Translations under genes and position numbers: made by a program
Notes under the pieces: generated by a model
Database searches by the model: none
What the model was told of the DNA's origin: nothing
The model's input: the letters and a program-made list of their open reading frames with translations, nothing else
Part shown: one piece after another, positions 49,726 through 59,950 of the stretch
How positions within the stretch are numbered: position 1 is the stretch's first letter
How the letters are laid out: every line of letters begins with the position of its first letter
Origin: Nitrospinaceae bacterium
Lineage (GTDB): Bacteria > Nitrospinota > Nitrospinia > Nitrospinales > VA-1
Assembly: GCA_046754465.1 (NCBI GenBank)
Contig: JBHHVU010000002.1
Coordinates: 32,001 to 96,000 of the forward strand
DNA length: 64,000 bases
Reading direction: 5' to 3'

Positions 49726-50199
49726 TCAGTAGTTACAGGAATCCGTCGGTTTTTTCCCCGGAAAAAGGATTTCGAACAATGCCCAAGTTTTTTGTTTCAT
49801 GCGTTCCGCTTCTTTTTCGGAGCGTTCGTGGTCGAAACCCAAAAGATGAAGGAGCCCGTGAATGACCAGGAGGCCCAGCTCCTCATTCAGGGAAAATCCG
49901 TGCTCCGCAGCCTGACGTTGGGCGGTTTCCACCGAAATTACCACGTCGCCGAGCAAATGGGAAATGAATTCGCCGGGTTCCCCTCCGCCCTGGGGAAAGG
50001 ACAAAACGTCGGTGGGGGCGTCGAGATTCCTGTATCGATGATTGAGATCCCGCATTTTCGCATCATCGACAAGCAGAACGCTGATTTCTTTTTCGCCGCA
50101 ACCCATCTCTTCCAGGACGCGCCGGATCTGTTTCTTGAAAACACGGGAATCGACCCGGATTTTCTTTTGGTCGTTGCGAATGAGGATTTCCATGGGCAT
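49726..50199 (-). CDS. ybeY: rRNA maturation endoribonuclease YbeY
   Basis: 'PTDVLSF' and 'HGLLHLLGFDH'. Confidence 0.96.
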   Translation of the reverse strand: MPMEILIRNDQKKIRVDSRVFKKQIRRVLEEMGCGEKEISVLLVDDAKMRDLNHRYRNLDAPTDVLSFPQGGGEPGEFISHLLGDVVISVETAQRQAAEHGFSLNEELGLLVIHGLLHLLGFDHERSEKEAERMKQKTWALFEILFPGKKPTDSCNY

Positions 50200-50311
50200 G
50201 GCCTGATTTCAGGAGGTTGAACCCCCGGCCTTGGGGTTTTCCGCGGGGCAAAAAGCGGTTCGCCGGGCGGAAAGTTCCCGGGGGTGAACGGGGGTGCGGG
50301 AAACTCCCGGA

Positions 50312-51295
50312 TCACTCCGCGGCGCCGTTTTTATCGTAGGCGGTGATGATCTTTTTGACCAGGTCGTGCCGGACCACATCTTTCTCGGTGAAGTAGATGA
50401 ACTGAATGCCTTCAATATTCCGCAACAATTTTCCCACATGGATCAATCCGGACTCTCCGGGGCGGGGGAGGTCCACCTGTGTGATGTCCCCCGTGACCAC
50501 CATTTTTGACCGAAAACCCAGACGCGTCAAAAACATTTTCATCTGTTCCCGGGTGGAGTTCTGTGCCTCATCCAGGATGATGAACGCGTCGTTCAAGGTT
50601 CTGCCGCGCATATAGGCCAGGGGCGCGATTTCGATGATTCCATCCTGGATCATCTGCCAGACCTGGTTGGATTCCATCATATCGTTGAGGGCATCGTAAA
50701 GCGGCATCAGGTAGGGATGGATTTTTTCGGAGATGTCCCCCGGCAGAAATCCCAGTTTTTCCCCGGCCTCCACCGCGGGGCGAACCAGCACGATCTTTTT
50801 GAACCGGCGTTTGAGCAGGCCCTCCACGGCAAGGGCAACCGCGAGATAGGTCTTCCCAGTGCCCGCCGGCCCGATGGCGATGATGATATCGGTTTGTTGG
50901 GCGGACCGGATCAATTCCCGTTGGGCGGGTCCCTTGGGGGTGATGAACCCCCGGCTGGGGACCACCGTCACCCGCTCGGTGAAGATCGACTTGAGGTCGA
51001 CTTCCGGGTCGTCCGCCACCAGGCGGATGGCGAATTTGATGTCCCCGTTTTGCGGTGGAATTTTGCCGCCATACAATTTCTGGATCTCGGCGATCAGGTG
51101 GTCCACCTTCTGGAGAGATTCGGGCGTCCCGGTAACTTTGATTCGATTTCCACGCGTCGTGATGCGGACGTTGAATTTTTTTTCGATTTGTTTGAGGTTG
51201 ACGTCGTGGATCCCGAAAATTTCGGGAATCAGTTTATTGTTTTCAATTAATATTTCCTTGGTGGCGGTGGCGGGCAAACGCGGGTCATCTTTCAT
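50312..51295 (-). CDS. phoH: PhoH-family ATPase (YbeZ-like)
   Basis: 'GPAGTGKTYLA', 'RPAVEAGEKLGFLPG', 'DEAQN'. Confidence 0.95.
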   Translation of the reverse strand: MKDDPRLPATATKEILIENNKLIPEIFGIHDVNLKQIEKKFNVRITTRGNRIKVTGTPESLQKVDHLIAEIQKLYGGKIPPQNGDIKFAIRLVADDPEVDLKSIFTERVTVVPSRGFITPKGPAQRELIRSAQQTDIIIAIGPAGTGKTYLAVALAVEGLLKRRFKKIVLVRPAVEAGEKLGFLPGDISEKIHPYLMPLYDALNDMMESNQVWQMIQDGIIEIAPLAYMRGRTLNDAFIILDEAQNSTREQMKMFLTRLGFRSKMVVTGDITQVDLPRPGESGLIHVGKLLRNIEGIQFIYFTEKDVVRHDLVKKIITAYDKNGAAE

Positions 51296-51415
51296 AAAAA
51301 GGCTGGCTTGTTATATTCAGGAATATTTTTACCCGTCAAACCCGGGGAATTGTAAAGGGATGAATCCATAACGGGTAAAATAATTTCTCCGGTTTCCGAG
51401 GGTTTATGCGGCATT

Positions 51416-51973
51416 TCAGCGCCGGGTGCCCTGGGGCTGGATGAGATCCAGAAACTCACTTCGGGTTGTGGAATTTGTTTTGAAGCTGCCCAGCATGGAA
51501 CTGGTGGTTGAATAGGAGCTTTGTTTTTCGACGCCCCGCATCGCCATGCACAAATGAAGGGCTTCGATGACCACCGCGACGCCCTTGGGTTTCAGGATCC
51601 TCTCCAGACATTCCGCGATTTGCGTGGTCATCCGCTCCTGGACTTGTAATCTGCGGCTGAAAACATCGACGATTCGCGGGATTTTGCTCAATCCGATGAT
51701 TTTGCCCTGCGGGAGATAGGCCACATGGCATTTGCCGAAAAAAGGCAGCAGGTGGTGCTCGCAAAGGCTGAAGATGTCGATATCCTTGACGATCACCATC
51801 TCATCGTAGTCTTCCTCATACAAGGCGCCATTGACCAGTTGATCGATATTGGACCAGTACCCGCTGGTTAGGAATTTCATCGATTTGACCACCCGTTCCG
51901 GCGTGTTTTTGAGCCCTTCCCGCGCGGGGTCTTCGCCGAGTTCCACCAGTATTTGTTCAATCAATCCTTTCAC
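51416..51973 (-). CDS. folE: GTP cyclohydrolase I
   Basis: '[10 protein letters not shown]', '[10 protein letters not shown]', 'HLCMAMRG'. Confidence 0.97.
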   Translation of the reverse strand: MKGLIEQILVELGEDPAREGLKNTPERVVKSMKFLTSGYWSNIDQLVNGALYEEDYDEMVIVKDIDIFSLCEHHLLPFFGKCHVAYLPQGKIIGLSKIPRIVDVFSRRLQVQERMTTQIAECLERILKPKGVAVVIEALHLCMAMRGVEKQSSYSTTSSMLGSFKTNSTTRSEFLDLIQPQGTRR

Positions 51974-52380
51974 GGTTTGCCTCGATAAATGACGTAATTT
52001 CGTTCGGATTCGTAAAGTTTGAGTTCATGGAGGGCACCGTGAGCGATTTTGGGTTCCAGGATTTCCCAAAACCGGATGGCGATATTTTCCGCGGTGGGAA
52101 TGACCTCCTTTAAAAAATCCACATCGACATTCAGGTTTTTGTGGTCCACTTTTTGGATGATCTCCTGGTGGATGAGTTTTTTCAGGGATTTCAGATCCAG
52201 AACCATTCCGGTTTCAGGTGCCACTTCGCCGCGCACGGTGACTTCCAGGACATAATTGTGGCCGTGGCCGTTGGGATTATTACACAGGCCGAATATTTCG
52301 GCGTTTTTTTCGTCGGAAAATTCCGGGTTGAACAGGCGGTGGCTGGCGCAAAACTCCAACCGCCGGGTGATGAATATCAT
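51970..52380 (-). CDS. 6-pyruvoyl-tetrahydropterin synthase (PTPS/QueD family)
   Basis: 'ASHRL', '[11 protein letters not shown]', 'DHKNLN', 'PTAENIA'. Confidence 0.92.
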   Translation of the reverse strand: MIFITRRLEFCASHRLFNPEFSDEKNAEIFGLCNNPNGHGHNYVLEVTVRGEVAPETGMVLDLKSLKKLIHQEIIQKVDHKNLNVDVDFLKEVIPTAENIAIRFWEILEPKIAHGALHELKLYESERNYVIYRGKP

Positions 52381-52416
52381 GGCGTCGTGTCCGGTATAAG
52401 CTGGGGAAGGTTCGTT

Positions 52417-52608
52417 TTACTTCAGGTATTTCCTTTTGTTGTCCGTCTTATAAAACCCCGGTCCGTACAAATGAAAGGTCATTTTACTAAACGATTTGTG
52501 CAGGGGCCCCCCACACTCCTCGCATTCGGTTACAGGTTCGTCGGTCACCTTTTGCAAAAATTCAAACGTCTTTTGGCATTTTTCACATTGGTATTCATAA
52601 AAGGGCAT
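52417..52608 (-). CDS. FmdB-family zinc-ribbon protein
   Basis: 'MPFYEYQCEKC..CEECGG..GPGFYKTD'. Confidence 0.88.
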   Translation of the reverse strand: MPFYEYQCEKCQKTFEFLQKVTDEPVTECEECGGPLHKSFSKMTFHLYGPGFYKTDNKRKYLK

Positions 52609-52681
52609 GAAGAAAATCACCTCCCAGTTTTCAAATGGAACGAGCCCCGTTTCTTAGTAATATAATACTCCGCGCGTCCAT

Positions 52682-53164
52682 TCAGTTCAATCCGGTCCAG
52701 GGGGCTCCGGTCCAAAGGGTTTTTCTCAGGGGGTTGGTTCCCCGGAAAATATTCAAGGTCTTGGAAATATTTTTTTTCACTTCATCCAGTTGATAAACCG
52801 GCGAGGGAAGGGTGAGACCCCAATCCGGATCGTATATACCCACCAGCATACCCCGGTCGCCGAGTATCTGGAGAACGATAAACTTTTCCATGGAATATTT
52901 TTTCTGCACTTCCGGGGGCATCATATAAGTCTCATTTTGCCCCTTGGAACCAAATCGCATGACCGCTTTTCCAGTTTCCACCGGCTCGAAAGGGATGGAT
53001 TGAATATAATTGTCCAGTTCGGCAAAAATATTTTCCATTGGAAATACCACAATACCAAAATTTTCGGAATTTTTGTAGAGCTGGTAGCGATACGAATCGG
53101 CGGTCCAGGCCGCGGCGGGACTGAAAAAAGATATCAGGATCAGGCAGAATAAAATTTTTTTCAT
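52682..53164 (-). CDS. Hypothetical exported protein
   Basis: Signal peptide 'MKKILFCLILISFFSPAAAWT'; 160 aa; no recognisable motif. Confidence 0.65.
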   Translation of the reverse strand: MKKILFCLILISFFSPAAAWTADSYRYQLYKNSENFGIVVFPMENIFAELDNYIQSIPFEPVETGKAVMRFGSKGQNETYMMPPEVQKKYSMEKFIVLQILGDRGMLVGIYDPDWGLTLPSPVYQLDEVKKNISKTLNIFRGTNPLRKTLWTGAPWTGLN

Positions 53165-53230
53165 GGCATTTAGATGGTTGAGGACTCTTCAAGGTTTCCG
53201 GATCCTTGAAAAATAATTTTCGTAACCTGC

Positions 53231-53647
53231 TCAGGGAAGAATTTCCATTTGGTTGAAAAAATAATGGATTTCAAATGCCGCGGTTTCCGGCGAGTCGGAA
53301 CCATGCGCGGAATTTTTCTCCAGATTGATGGCGAAATCCTTCCGGATGGTCCCCTCCGTGGCTTCCAATGGATTGGTCGCGCCCATCAATTCTCTCCAGG
53401 CTGCGATCGCCTTCTCCCGGTCTAGGACCATGAGGATCACTGGGCCGGAACTCATGTAGGTGGTCAAATCGTTAAAAAATGGCCTCGCCTTGTGAACGTG
53501 GTAAAATGCCTCGGCCTGACCCTTGGTCAAGTGCGCCCGCTTCAACGCTACAATTTTAAACCCATTGGATTCGATTCGTTCGATAATTTTTCCTATCAGA
53601 TTACGTTCTACCGCGTCCGGTTTGATGATGGCCAGCGTTCTTTCCAT
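53231..53647 (-). CDS. ndk: Nucleoside diphosphate kinase
   Basis: '[10 protein letters not shown]', 'GATNP', 'GTIR', 'NSAHGSDS'. Confidence 0.98.
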   Translation of the reverse strand: MERTLAIIKPDAVERNLIGKIIERIESNGFKIVALKRAHLTKGQAEAFYHVHKARPFFNDLTTYMSSGPVILMVLDREKAIAAWRELMGATNPLEATEGTIRKDFAINLEKNSAHGSDSPETAAFEIHYFFNQMEILP

Positions 53648-53688
53648 ATGCAGTTGTCCTGAGAAGTTTAAAAATTGTGATGGGCAAG

Positions 53689-53729
53689 AAAAAAAAAGGT
53701 ATCTGAGCCCCCCGGCTCAAATACCTTTT
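53689..53729 (-). terminator. Intrinsic terminator after the oxidoreductase operon
   Basis: AAAAGGTAT-C-TGAGCC-CCCC-GGCTCA-A-ATACCTTTT hairpin with a long A run (U run on the minus strand). Confidence 0.8.
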
Positions 53730-53742
53730 AAAAAAAAACAAT

Positions 53743-54006
53743 TTATCTTAAGATGACCCCGGTTTTCTTGATGACAAAACCTTCATCCAGGTCTTCGATC
53801 CATTTCATTTTAATCGCATGGTTCTTGGCGATATCGTCGCATATGTAAACGCAGATTTCGCAGGCTTTGCAGCGATCCACGGAAATAAAGGCGGATTTGT
53901 CGGCCTCACTGTAATTGATGCAATTGGGCTCGGGACAATAGGTCGTACAGAGGTGACAGTTCTTTTGCGAACAAATGTCCTTGTCGACTTGTGCAACGTA
54001 GTACAT
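53743..54006 (-). CDS. 2-oxoacid:ferredoxin oxidoreductase epsilon subunit (2x[4Fe-4S] ferredoxin-like)
   Basis: 'CSQKNCHLCTTYCP' and 'CKACEICVYIC'; last gene of the operon. Confidence 0.85.
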   Translation of the reverse strand: MYYVAQVDKDICSQKNCHLCTTYCPEPNCINYSEADKSAFISVDRCKACEICVYICDDIAKNHAIKMKWIEDLDEGFVIKKTGVILR

Positions 54007-54027
54007 GACTTCTCCAGATTAAAAGGT

Positions 54028-54741
54028 TTAAACAGCCAAGGAAATTTCACTCAACGGAACGGAGTCCTTATGAGCCCAACCCTGGTCGATAATGTACTGG
54101 TAAGACGCTTGCAGGGTTTTCATATTGGCTTCCAAAAGTTTCGCCTTTTTGGCGAACTTTTTCTCGATGGCGCTGTCCAGCGCCGCGGTGCCTCCGGAAA
54201 CGACGATGCCTTTTCCGATGAACCGGTCCTTGACGGATGCCGCGAGTGATTCCAGATCGGGCATGCCAAAAATTGCCGCGATCGCCCCGCACATGGCCAT
54301 ATTGGTGGCCAGCTCCGTCTTGGCGACATCATTCGCCAACTCCGTGGCGGGGATATAATAGATCCGGGCTTTTTGGTCTTCCAACTCCTTCTCTTCGTCC
54401 CGGCTGAGCGGCAAGGGACTTTTGTTGTTGATCAGAATGATCCCATTTTCTTTCAGCCCGGTGTAGAAAGGCATGGTATAGGATTTTCCGAGCGTGATCA
54501 CGGAGGGATGAAAAATCATGATGACGTTGGGATAGATGATCTCCCCGATCTCGTAAATGACTTGGTTGGAAATTCTCACATAACTTTCGACGGGCGCGTT
54601 CCGTTTTTCCGAACCGAAAAATGGCACGAGCGAGCTGTGCCCGCCGGAGATGACCACGCCGTTACTGATGATATGGGATGCGGTCACCACGCCCTGACCC
54701 CCAATCCCCGCCATGCGCATGTTATAGCGTTTGACTGCCAT
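54028..54741 (-). CDS. porG: 2-oxoacid:ferredoxin oxidoreductase gamma subunit
   Basis: 'AGIGGQGVVTA', 'FGSEKRNAPV', 'NMAMCGA'. Pyruvate versus 2-oxoglutarate specificity not determinable. Confidence 0.88.
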   Translation of the reverse strand: MAVKRYNMRMAGIGGQGVVTASHIISNGVVISGGHSSLVPFFGSEKRNAPVESYVRISNQVIYEIGEIIYPNVIMIFHPSVITLGKSYTMPFYTGLKENGIILINNKSPLPLSRDEEKELEDQKARIYYIPATELANDVAKTELATNMAMCGAIAAIFGMPDLESLAASVKDRFIGKGIVVSGGTAALDSAIEKKFAKKAKLLEANMKTLQASYQYIIDQGWAHKDSVPLSEISLAV

Positions 54742-54757
54742 AATTCTTTCCCTCCTT

Positions 54758-55624
54758 CTATTTTTTCGCTTTTTTATCCTTGGCTTCGATTTCTTTTAAA
54801 TAATCCTTGGCTCGGTCGGAGATGATCTCTTCAAACCCGTAACGGTCTTTTTCCACATCGAAAGCGTCCTTCATGACATCGGGGGTGGGAATGGAGTATT
54901 CGATGTTACAGGAGGTGTAGGCCTGTACGTAGGTGGCGCCGAATTCCCTGGCTACCAGGATCGCGCGCCGCACGGTCCGGGCGCAGCGGGCGGGGTTGGT
55001 TGGAGCCAGACGGGCGATGTAATCCAGGTTGGCGACCTTGGCCAGTCCCATGACATCCATTTTGTCATCCTTTTTGCCCCTCGGCGCCATCTTGAGGACC
55101 TTGCCCTTGTTGGTCATGCCGCTTTCCTGGCCCCCGGTGTTGCCGTATACCTCATTGTCGAGCATGATTGTGGTGAATTTTTCATGCCGGAACCAGCTAT
55201 GCATCAAACCCTGAAATCCGATATCCACCAGGCCGCCGTCTCCAGCCACAACCACAACATCTTTTTTCTGATCGGGAAAACGAATTTCCAGGCCGCGTTT
55301 CAATCCGGATGCCACGGCATTGGTGTCACCGTAATTTCCGTAAATGAATGGGACGGAGGCCTGGGACAGCGCCAAACGCCCACAGCCCGCGGTGCCCACG
55401 ACGATCGTATGTTCGGGACAGGGCATCCCGATATAAATCAGCCGGATGAACAGGGACATGGCGCAACCCGCGCACATGGGGTGTTCTTCGATCACTTCCT
55501 TGAATTTTCCCATGTCGGTGACTTTTACCTGCCTGCCATAGGGGCCAAGTTCCACCAAATCCTTATATTCCACGGGAAGAAAATCCTTAAACGCGGGAGA
55601 GGGTTTTAAGGTTTCTAATGACAT
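54758..55624 (-). CDS. porB: 2-oxoacid:ferredoxin oxidoreductase beta (TPP-binding) subunit
   Basis: 'MCAGC' and 'GDGG...DNEVYGNTGGQES'. Confidence 0.9.
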   Translation of the reverse strand: MSLETLKPSPAFKDFLPVEYKDLVELGPYGRQVKVTDMGKFKEVIEEHPMCAGCAMSLFIRLIYIGMPCPEHTIVVGTAGCGRLALSQASVPFIYGNYGDTNAVASGLKRGLEIRFPDQKKDVVVVAGDGGLVDIGFQGLMHSWFRHEKFTTIMLDNEVYGNTGGQESGMTNKGKVLKMAPRGKKDDKMDVMGLAKVANLDYIARLAPTNPARCARTVRRAILVAREFGATYVQAYTSCNIEYSIPTPDVMKDAFDVEKDRYGFEEIISDRAKDYLKEIEAKDKKAKK

Positions 55625-55801
55625 GATTGTTTCCTTTATGTTAAAGAAGTGCTTTTTTTGATTGGGTTTAAGGTGGTTCCAACCGACTTAATGTAAAACT
55701 TTAAGCTCGGAGAAACCGGGAACCCCGTGATTTCCCTTGAGGCAGGGAAACCATGAAATCCAGGAGCCCAGCCCAGCCCGGGCCGGGTCCCTAATCTTCT
55801 G

Positions 55802-57013
55802 TTACGGGTGCTGCTTTCTCGCTTCCGCAAGCCACTCCAGAACCATTTCCGTCGGCATGGTCATTCCGCCGAACACTCTGGGACCGGCGGAGATTTTTGC
55901 CTGGCAATTCCCATATAGGGTGGAGCAGACATCTTTGTGCATCCATCCAGCCTGGTTGAATTCGGGCACGAGAATGCGTTTGGCATTCTTGACCGCCTCG
56001 ATGAGTTGCTTCCCGGGAAAGGGGCGGATGGTCTTGATTTTGACCAGTCCTACTTTTCTTCCATGTTCTTCTTCCTGTCGCACCGCTTCCCGGGCCTGGG
56101 AAACGGCGGAACCCGAGGCGATGATAAAGTCCTCCGCATCGGGATTGATCACTTCCACCCGGCCTTTCAGGTATTTGTCGAAATATTTGGCCGAACGCTC
56201 GACGGCAGCGAATACCTCTTGCTGCCAACTGGAATGCATGTGGTAACTGATGAAATTGCTCTTCTGGATGGGGGCATCCCGGGCAATCCTGGCGGGCGGG
56301 TTTTCATTATCCATGGCGGGAACCGCGGACCTCCAACCGTCCCGCGGAGGCAGCTTGTATTCCTCAGAGACCATGGAGACCTGCCCCCGGGCGTGAGTCA
56401 CAAAAAATCCATCTACCGAAACCACAACCGGTAAAGTCACGTCCACCTCTTCAGAAACCATAAAAGCCGCCAAGGGGTAGTCATAAAAATCCTGCTGGTT
56501 CTCCGCGTGCAGGAGAATAATGCCCGTATTCATCAAAAAGGACATCTCGATGTTGTCGGGTTGGATCGCCAGGGGGGTGTTGATCACCCGGCACATATCC
56601 ATCAAGACCAAGGGAATGCGGGCGCCCGGCCAGGAATTGATGGCTTCCAGACCCCGCATCAGGCCCGGACCGGCGGTCGCCGTCAAACACCGGACTCCCG
56701 AACGGGAGGCGCCGGCGATCGCGGACATCACCCCGATCTCTTCCTCTCCCCGGTAATATTCTTTAATATACCCATCGTCGAAAAGGTAACCCGCCTGCTG
56801 CATCGTTTCACTTTGCGGGGTGATGGGATAAGAGATGGCTATATCCACATTGGCCCGGCGAATGGATTCCCGGGCCGCCTCGCTGCCGGTTATGAATTGG
56901 GTCTCCCGGGGAAGTTTGAAAAACATTTCCTCGGGGCTGACCACTTTCTGTAACTCCCCTTTCGGCACCCAATCCTTGGGTTTTCCTGCTACTTGGGCTG
57001 TTGGGTTTGACAT
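55802..57013 (-). CDS. porA: 2-oxoacid:ferredoxin oxidoreductase alpha subunit
   Basis: 'SYPITPQSE', 'ATAGPG', 'IRPFP'. Start placed at MSNPT after a GGAG RBS. Confidence 0.9.
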   Translation of the reverse strand: MSNPTAQVAGKPKDWVPKGELQKVVSPEEMFFKLPRETQFITGSEAARESIRRANVDIAISYPITPQSETMQQAGYLFDDGYIKEYYRGEEEIGVMSAIAGASRSGVRCLTATAGPGLMRGLEAINSWPGARIPLVLMDMCRVINTPLAIQPDNIEMSFLMNTGIILLHAENQQDFYDYPLAAFMVSEEVDVTLPVVVSVDGFFVTHARGQVSMVSEEYKLPPRDGWRSAVPAMDNENPPARIARDAPIQKSNFISYHMHSSWQQEVFAAVERSAKYFDKYLKGRVEVINPDAEDFIIASGSAVSQAREAVRQEEEHGRKVGLVKIKTIRPFPGKQLIEAVKNAKRILVPEFNQAGWMHKDVCSTLYGNCQAKISAGPRVFGGMTMPTEMVLEWLAEARKQHP

Positions 57014-57236
57014 GTTTGGTCTCCTAAAATTTTTAATCTTCCACGGAAAGGAACGGATTGTATTTCCCTTGCCGTAGAAAAATCGAACGGACCGGTTAAA
57101 TTTTCCCAAAGCCTTGAAATTTAAGGCTGGCCTCGGGGCAAACGATGAATTGGGCGGACCTTTCCAGATAAATTCCCGGGGATGAAATGGGCTTTTTCCG
57201 GGAACCCATTAACTTGAATTTACCAAAAAGACTCTC

Positions 57237-57264
57237 ATATTATAACAATTGCAAGCCCTGTCAA
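57237..57264 (-). promoter_or_regulatory. Candidate sigma70 promoter for the oxidoreductase operon
   Basis: Minus strand TTGACA-16 nt-TAATAT, overlapping a TATAAT. Confidence 0.5.
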
Positions 57265-57290
57265 GTATTAACCCCGCCGGAAACCTTCTT

Positions 57291-57620
57291 TTAAGACTCG
57301 TTTTTGTCCGGAAGCATATTCTCCAGCAAACTGAGTTCCTTAAAATATGAAAACGCCTTCTTCAGGAACTCATTCAGGGAATGGTCGCTGTAAAATTTCA
57401 AGGTCTTACTGGCCATCTCGGTGGTGTGGCAGACCTCGAACCGGAGGGGCCGCGTCTCCAGATATTTGATAATATCCACCTCCCAGTGGATGTTGGAAAT
57501 ATTCTCCTGCGGCCGGCTGACCGCCGTGACTCCATAATCATTCACTTTGTACAGAAACTGGGTGCCTCCCAGGCCGCTGGGGTCCGCCCGGTTTAATATC
57601 AGGTTTTCCTGGATCAACAT
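57291..57620 (-). CDS. Hypothetical protein
   Basis: 109-aa ORF filling an otherwise empty gap; no motif recognised. Confidence 0.6.
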   Translation of the reverse strand: MLIQENLILNRADPSGLGGTQFLYKVNDYGVTAVSRPQENISNIHWEVDIIKYLETRPLRFEVCHTTEMASKTLKFYSDHSLNEFLKKAFSYFKELSLLENMLPDKNES

Positions 57621-57814
57621 AGTCGAATTATCCTAAAAAAAACTTTTTTCCGCCTTCGCCGGATATTTGGCGACTGGCCCGGCTGTGATAAAATAGCCGG
57701 GATTCCAGCGGTAATCGGGAAAAATTCCTGGTAGGAGAATACCAAAACCCCGCCTCTGAATCAAAGGATTCATCGGGCGGAATCTTAGTTTCACGTTTTT
57801 CGGGAAAGATATGC

Positions 57815-58099
57815 ATGGAACCCATCGAGTTGAATGAGCCTACGAGAATCGAAGAGTTTTTGAGCCAGATCAAACTTTCTGGAAAAGGTTTTACGACCGA
57901 TTGCCTGTTGATGGATGTTTACGATGCCGGATTGGACTATCCGGATTTTCTTAAAGCGGAAGGGGTGGACCCGGATGCCAGCTACGCCGGGAAATCCCCG
58001 GCCTGGGCGAAATACCATATGCGCCAGGGAAAAAGGGTTTTTATGGTGTATGGGGGTGAGGGAAAAGAGCGAAGAACTCATTTTTCCGAGACCCCCTGA
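57815..58099 (+). CDS. Hypothetical protein
   Basis: 94-aa ORF with protein-like composition, divergent from the previous gene. Confidence 0.6.
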   Translation: MEPIELNEPTRIEEFLSQIKLSGKGFTTDCLLMDVYDAGLDYPDFLKAEGVDPDASYAGKSPAWAKYHMRQGKRVFMVYGGEGKERRTHFSETP

Positions 58100-58219
58100 G
58101 CCATAGGGATTGCAAATCCAACTCTTGCCAGCAATTGATCATCAAAACCCGGTGGCCGCACCAGACGGACCTTTCGGAAAGTGCGTTCCTACGCGGGAAT
58201 TTTGGGGAGAATCGAAATC

Positions 58220-58663
58220 ATGAATTTGGATAAAGAAACTCAACTTCGGGTCCTGAGAGTGGCCGCGGACCGTCAGGAAGGAAAACCCATAGAGGAACTC
58301 GACGCGAGGATCTCCTATGTCATGGATTTGCACCCGGAGTTCGAGGAAATCTGGAAACAGGGGGAGCTCGCCACCTTTCCCCAGGAAATCAACGGACAGA
58401 TCGTCAGTCCATTTGTGCACACGGTTTTACATGTCACTGTTGACAAGCAGGTCACCGGCGGGGAACCTGAATTCGTCCTGGAAACCTATAACCGGCTCAT
58501 GGACCAGGGTATGGAGGAACACGATTGCCTGCACGCCATCATTGCCGTATATGCGGAACTCTATTTTACCACCTTCCGAAAGGGCAAGCAGTTTGACTTT
58601 CTCGATTACCAGAGCCGGCTGGGCTATCTCTCTTACGAAGACGCTGGCTCCCAGGAAGGGTAG
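58220..58663 (+). CDS. DUF1841-like protein
   Basis: 'HPEF...PFVHTVLHVTVDKQV..GEP..H' His-rich pattern; GGAG upstream of the ATG. Confidence 0.7.
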   Translation: MNLDKETQLRVLRVAADRQEGKPIEELDARISYVMDLHPEFEEIWKQGELATFPQEINGQIVSPFVHTVLHVTVDKQVTGGEPEFVLETYNRLMDQGMEEHDCLHAIIAVYAELYFTTFRKGKQFDFLDYQSRLGYLSYEDAGSQEG

Positions 58664-58720
58664 AAAAAAGGAGGGAGGGGGAATTTATTCGGTTTCCGGC
58701 CCGTAGTTTTCAGTTTCCAT

Positions 58721-58918
58721 CTATTCCCATTGGCCCGGCTTAAGAGGTTCGTGGCACACCTCACAGTATTGCTGGGTGTAGGAATTGGGATGATGGCATT
58801 CCGGGCAAACCAGAGTCTGGTCTTCCCCATATTCCTTAAAAACCGTCAGGCACTTTTCACACCACGCCGAATGGGTGAGATTCGGCTGTCCACATTTCGG
58901 GCAGTTTTTTACCGTCAT
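58721..58918 (-). CDS. Double zinc-ribbon small protein
   Basis: Four CxxC pairs in 65 aa. Confidence 0.75.
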   Translation of the reverse strand: MTVKNCPKCGQPNLTHSAWCEKCLTVFKEYGEDQTLVCPECHHPNSYTQQYCEVCHEPLKPGQWE

Positions 58919-59083
58919 AATACATGTTAGATGTGTGCGGCCAATGAGGGATGTAAATTTTTTGGCAAGATCCCACCCGTCGTCTTCGCGGAATATTTTT
59001 GGAGGAAACACAAGGGGGGTAAAAAAACTTTTACTCTCGATCGGAAAGAGATTAGGGGGGGTGGTTGTTCCTGGAGGATGCGG

Positions 59084-59950
59084 TTACAGGGCTTTGGCGA
59101 GGGTCTTTCCGAGGTCGGCGGGGCTTTTACACACCTTGATGCCGCATTTCTTCATTATCTTCATTTTTTCCTGCGCCGTCCCCTGGCCGCCGGAGATGAT
59201 GGCGCCCGCGTGCCCCATGCGACGCCCGGGCGGCGCCGTTTGCCCGGCGATGAACCCGACCACGGGTTTGGTCACTTTCTTTTTGATGAAGTACGCCGCT
59301 TCATCCTCGGCAGTGCCGCCAATCTCCCCGATCATGCAGATGGCTTTCGTTCCACGGTCCTTTTGAAACAGCTCCAGGATATCGGTGAAGGTGCTCCCGA
59401 TGATGGGGTCGCCGCCGATCCCCACGCAGGTCGACTGGCCGATGCCCAACTCGGTCAGTTGCCCCACGGTTTCGTAGGTCAGCGTCCCGCTGCGCGAAAT
59501 GATTCCCACGTTGCCCTTTTTATGAATGTGGGCGGGCATGATCCCGATCTTGCATTTGCCCGGCGAAATCACACCCGGACAATTGGGTCCGATGAGGCGG
59601 GACTCGGAGTTTTGCAAGTACCGGTGCACCTCCACCATGTCCATGGTGGGGATGCCCTCGGTGATGCAGATGATCAGGGCGATGCCCGCGTCCGCGGCTT
59701 CCAGGATCGCGTCCGCCGCGAAGGCGGGCGGAACGAAGACCATGGTTGCGTTGGCCCGGGTTTTCTCCCTGGCTTCCTTAACGGTGTTGAAAACCGGAAC
59801 GTTCAAAACGGTCTGGCCCCCCTTGCCGGGGGTGACCCCGCCCACCACCTGGGTGCCGTATTGGATGGCTTGCTCGCTGTGGAACGTGCCTTCGCGGCCG
59901 GTGATGCCCTGAACGATCAATCGTGTTTTTTCATCAACCAGAATACTCAT
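59084..59950 (-). CDS. sucD: Succinyl-CoA synthetase alpha subunit
   Basis: 'QGITG', 'GPNCPG', 'SRSGTLTYE', 'RMGHAGA'. Confidence 0.98.
   Translation of the reverse strand: MSILVDEKTRLIVQGITGREGTFHSEQAIQYGTQVVGGVTPGKGGQTVLNVPVFNTVKEAREKTRANATMVFVPPAFAADAILEAADAGIALIICITEGIPTMDMVEVHRYLQNSESRLIGPNCPGVISPGKCKIGIMPAHIHKKGNVGIISRSGTLTYETVGQLTELGIGQSTCVGIGGDPIIGSTFTDILELFQKDRGTKAICMIGEIGGTAEDEAAYFIKKKVTKPVVGFIAGQTAPPGRRMGHAGAIISGGQGTAQEKMKIMKKCGIKVCKSPADLGKTLAKAL

Noticed and set aside
58721..58918. Two CxxCH motifs (CPECH, CEVCH) suggesting a c-type cytochrome
   Set aside because: No signal peptide, and the regular four-CxxC spacing fits a double zinc ribbon better.
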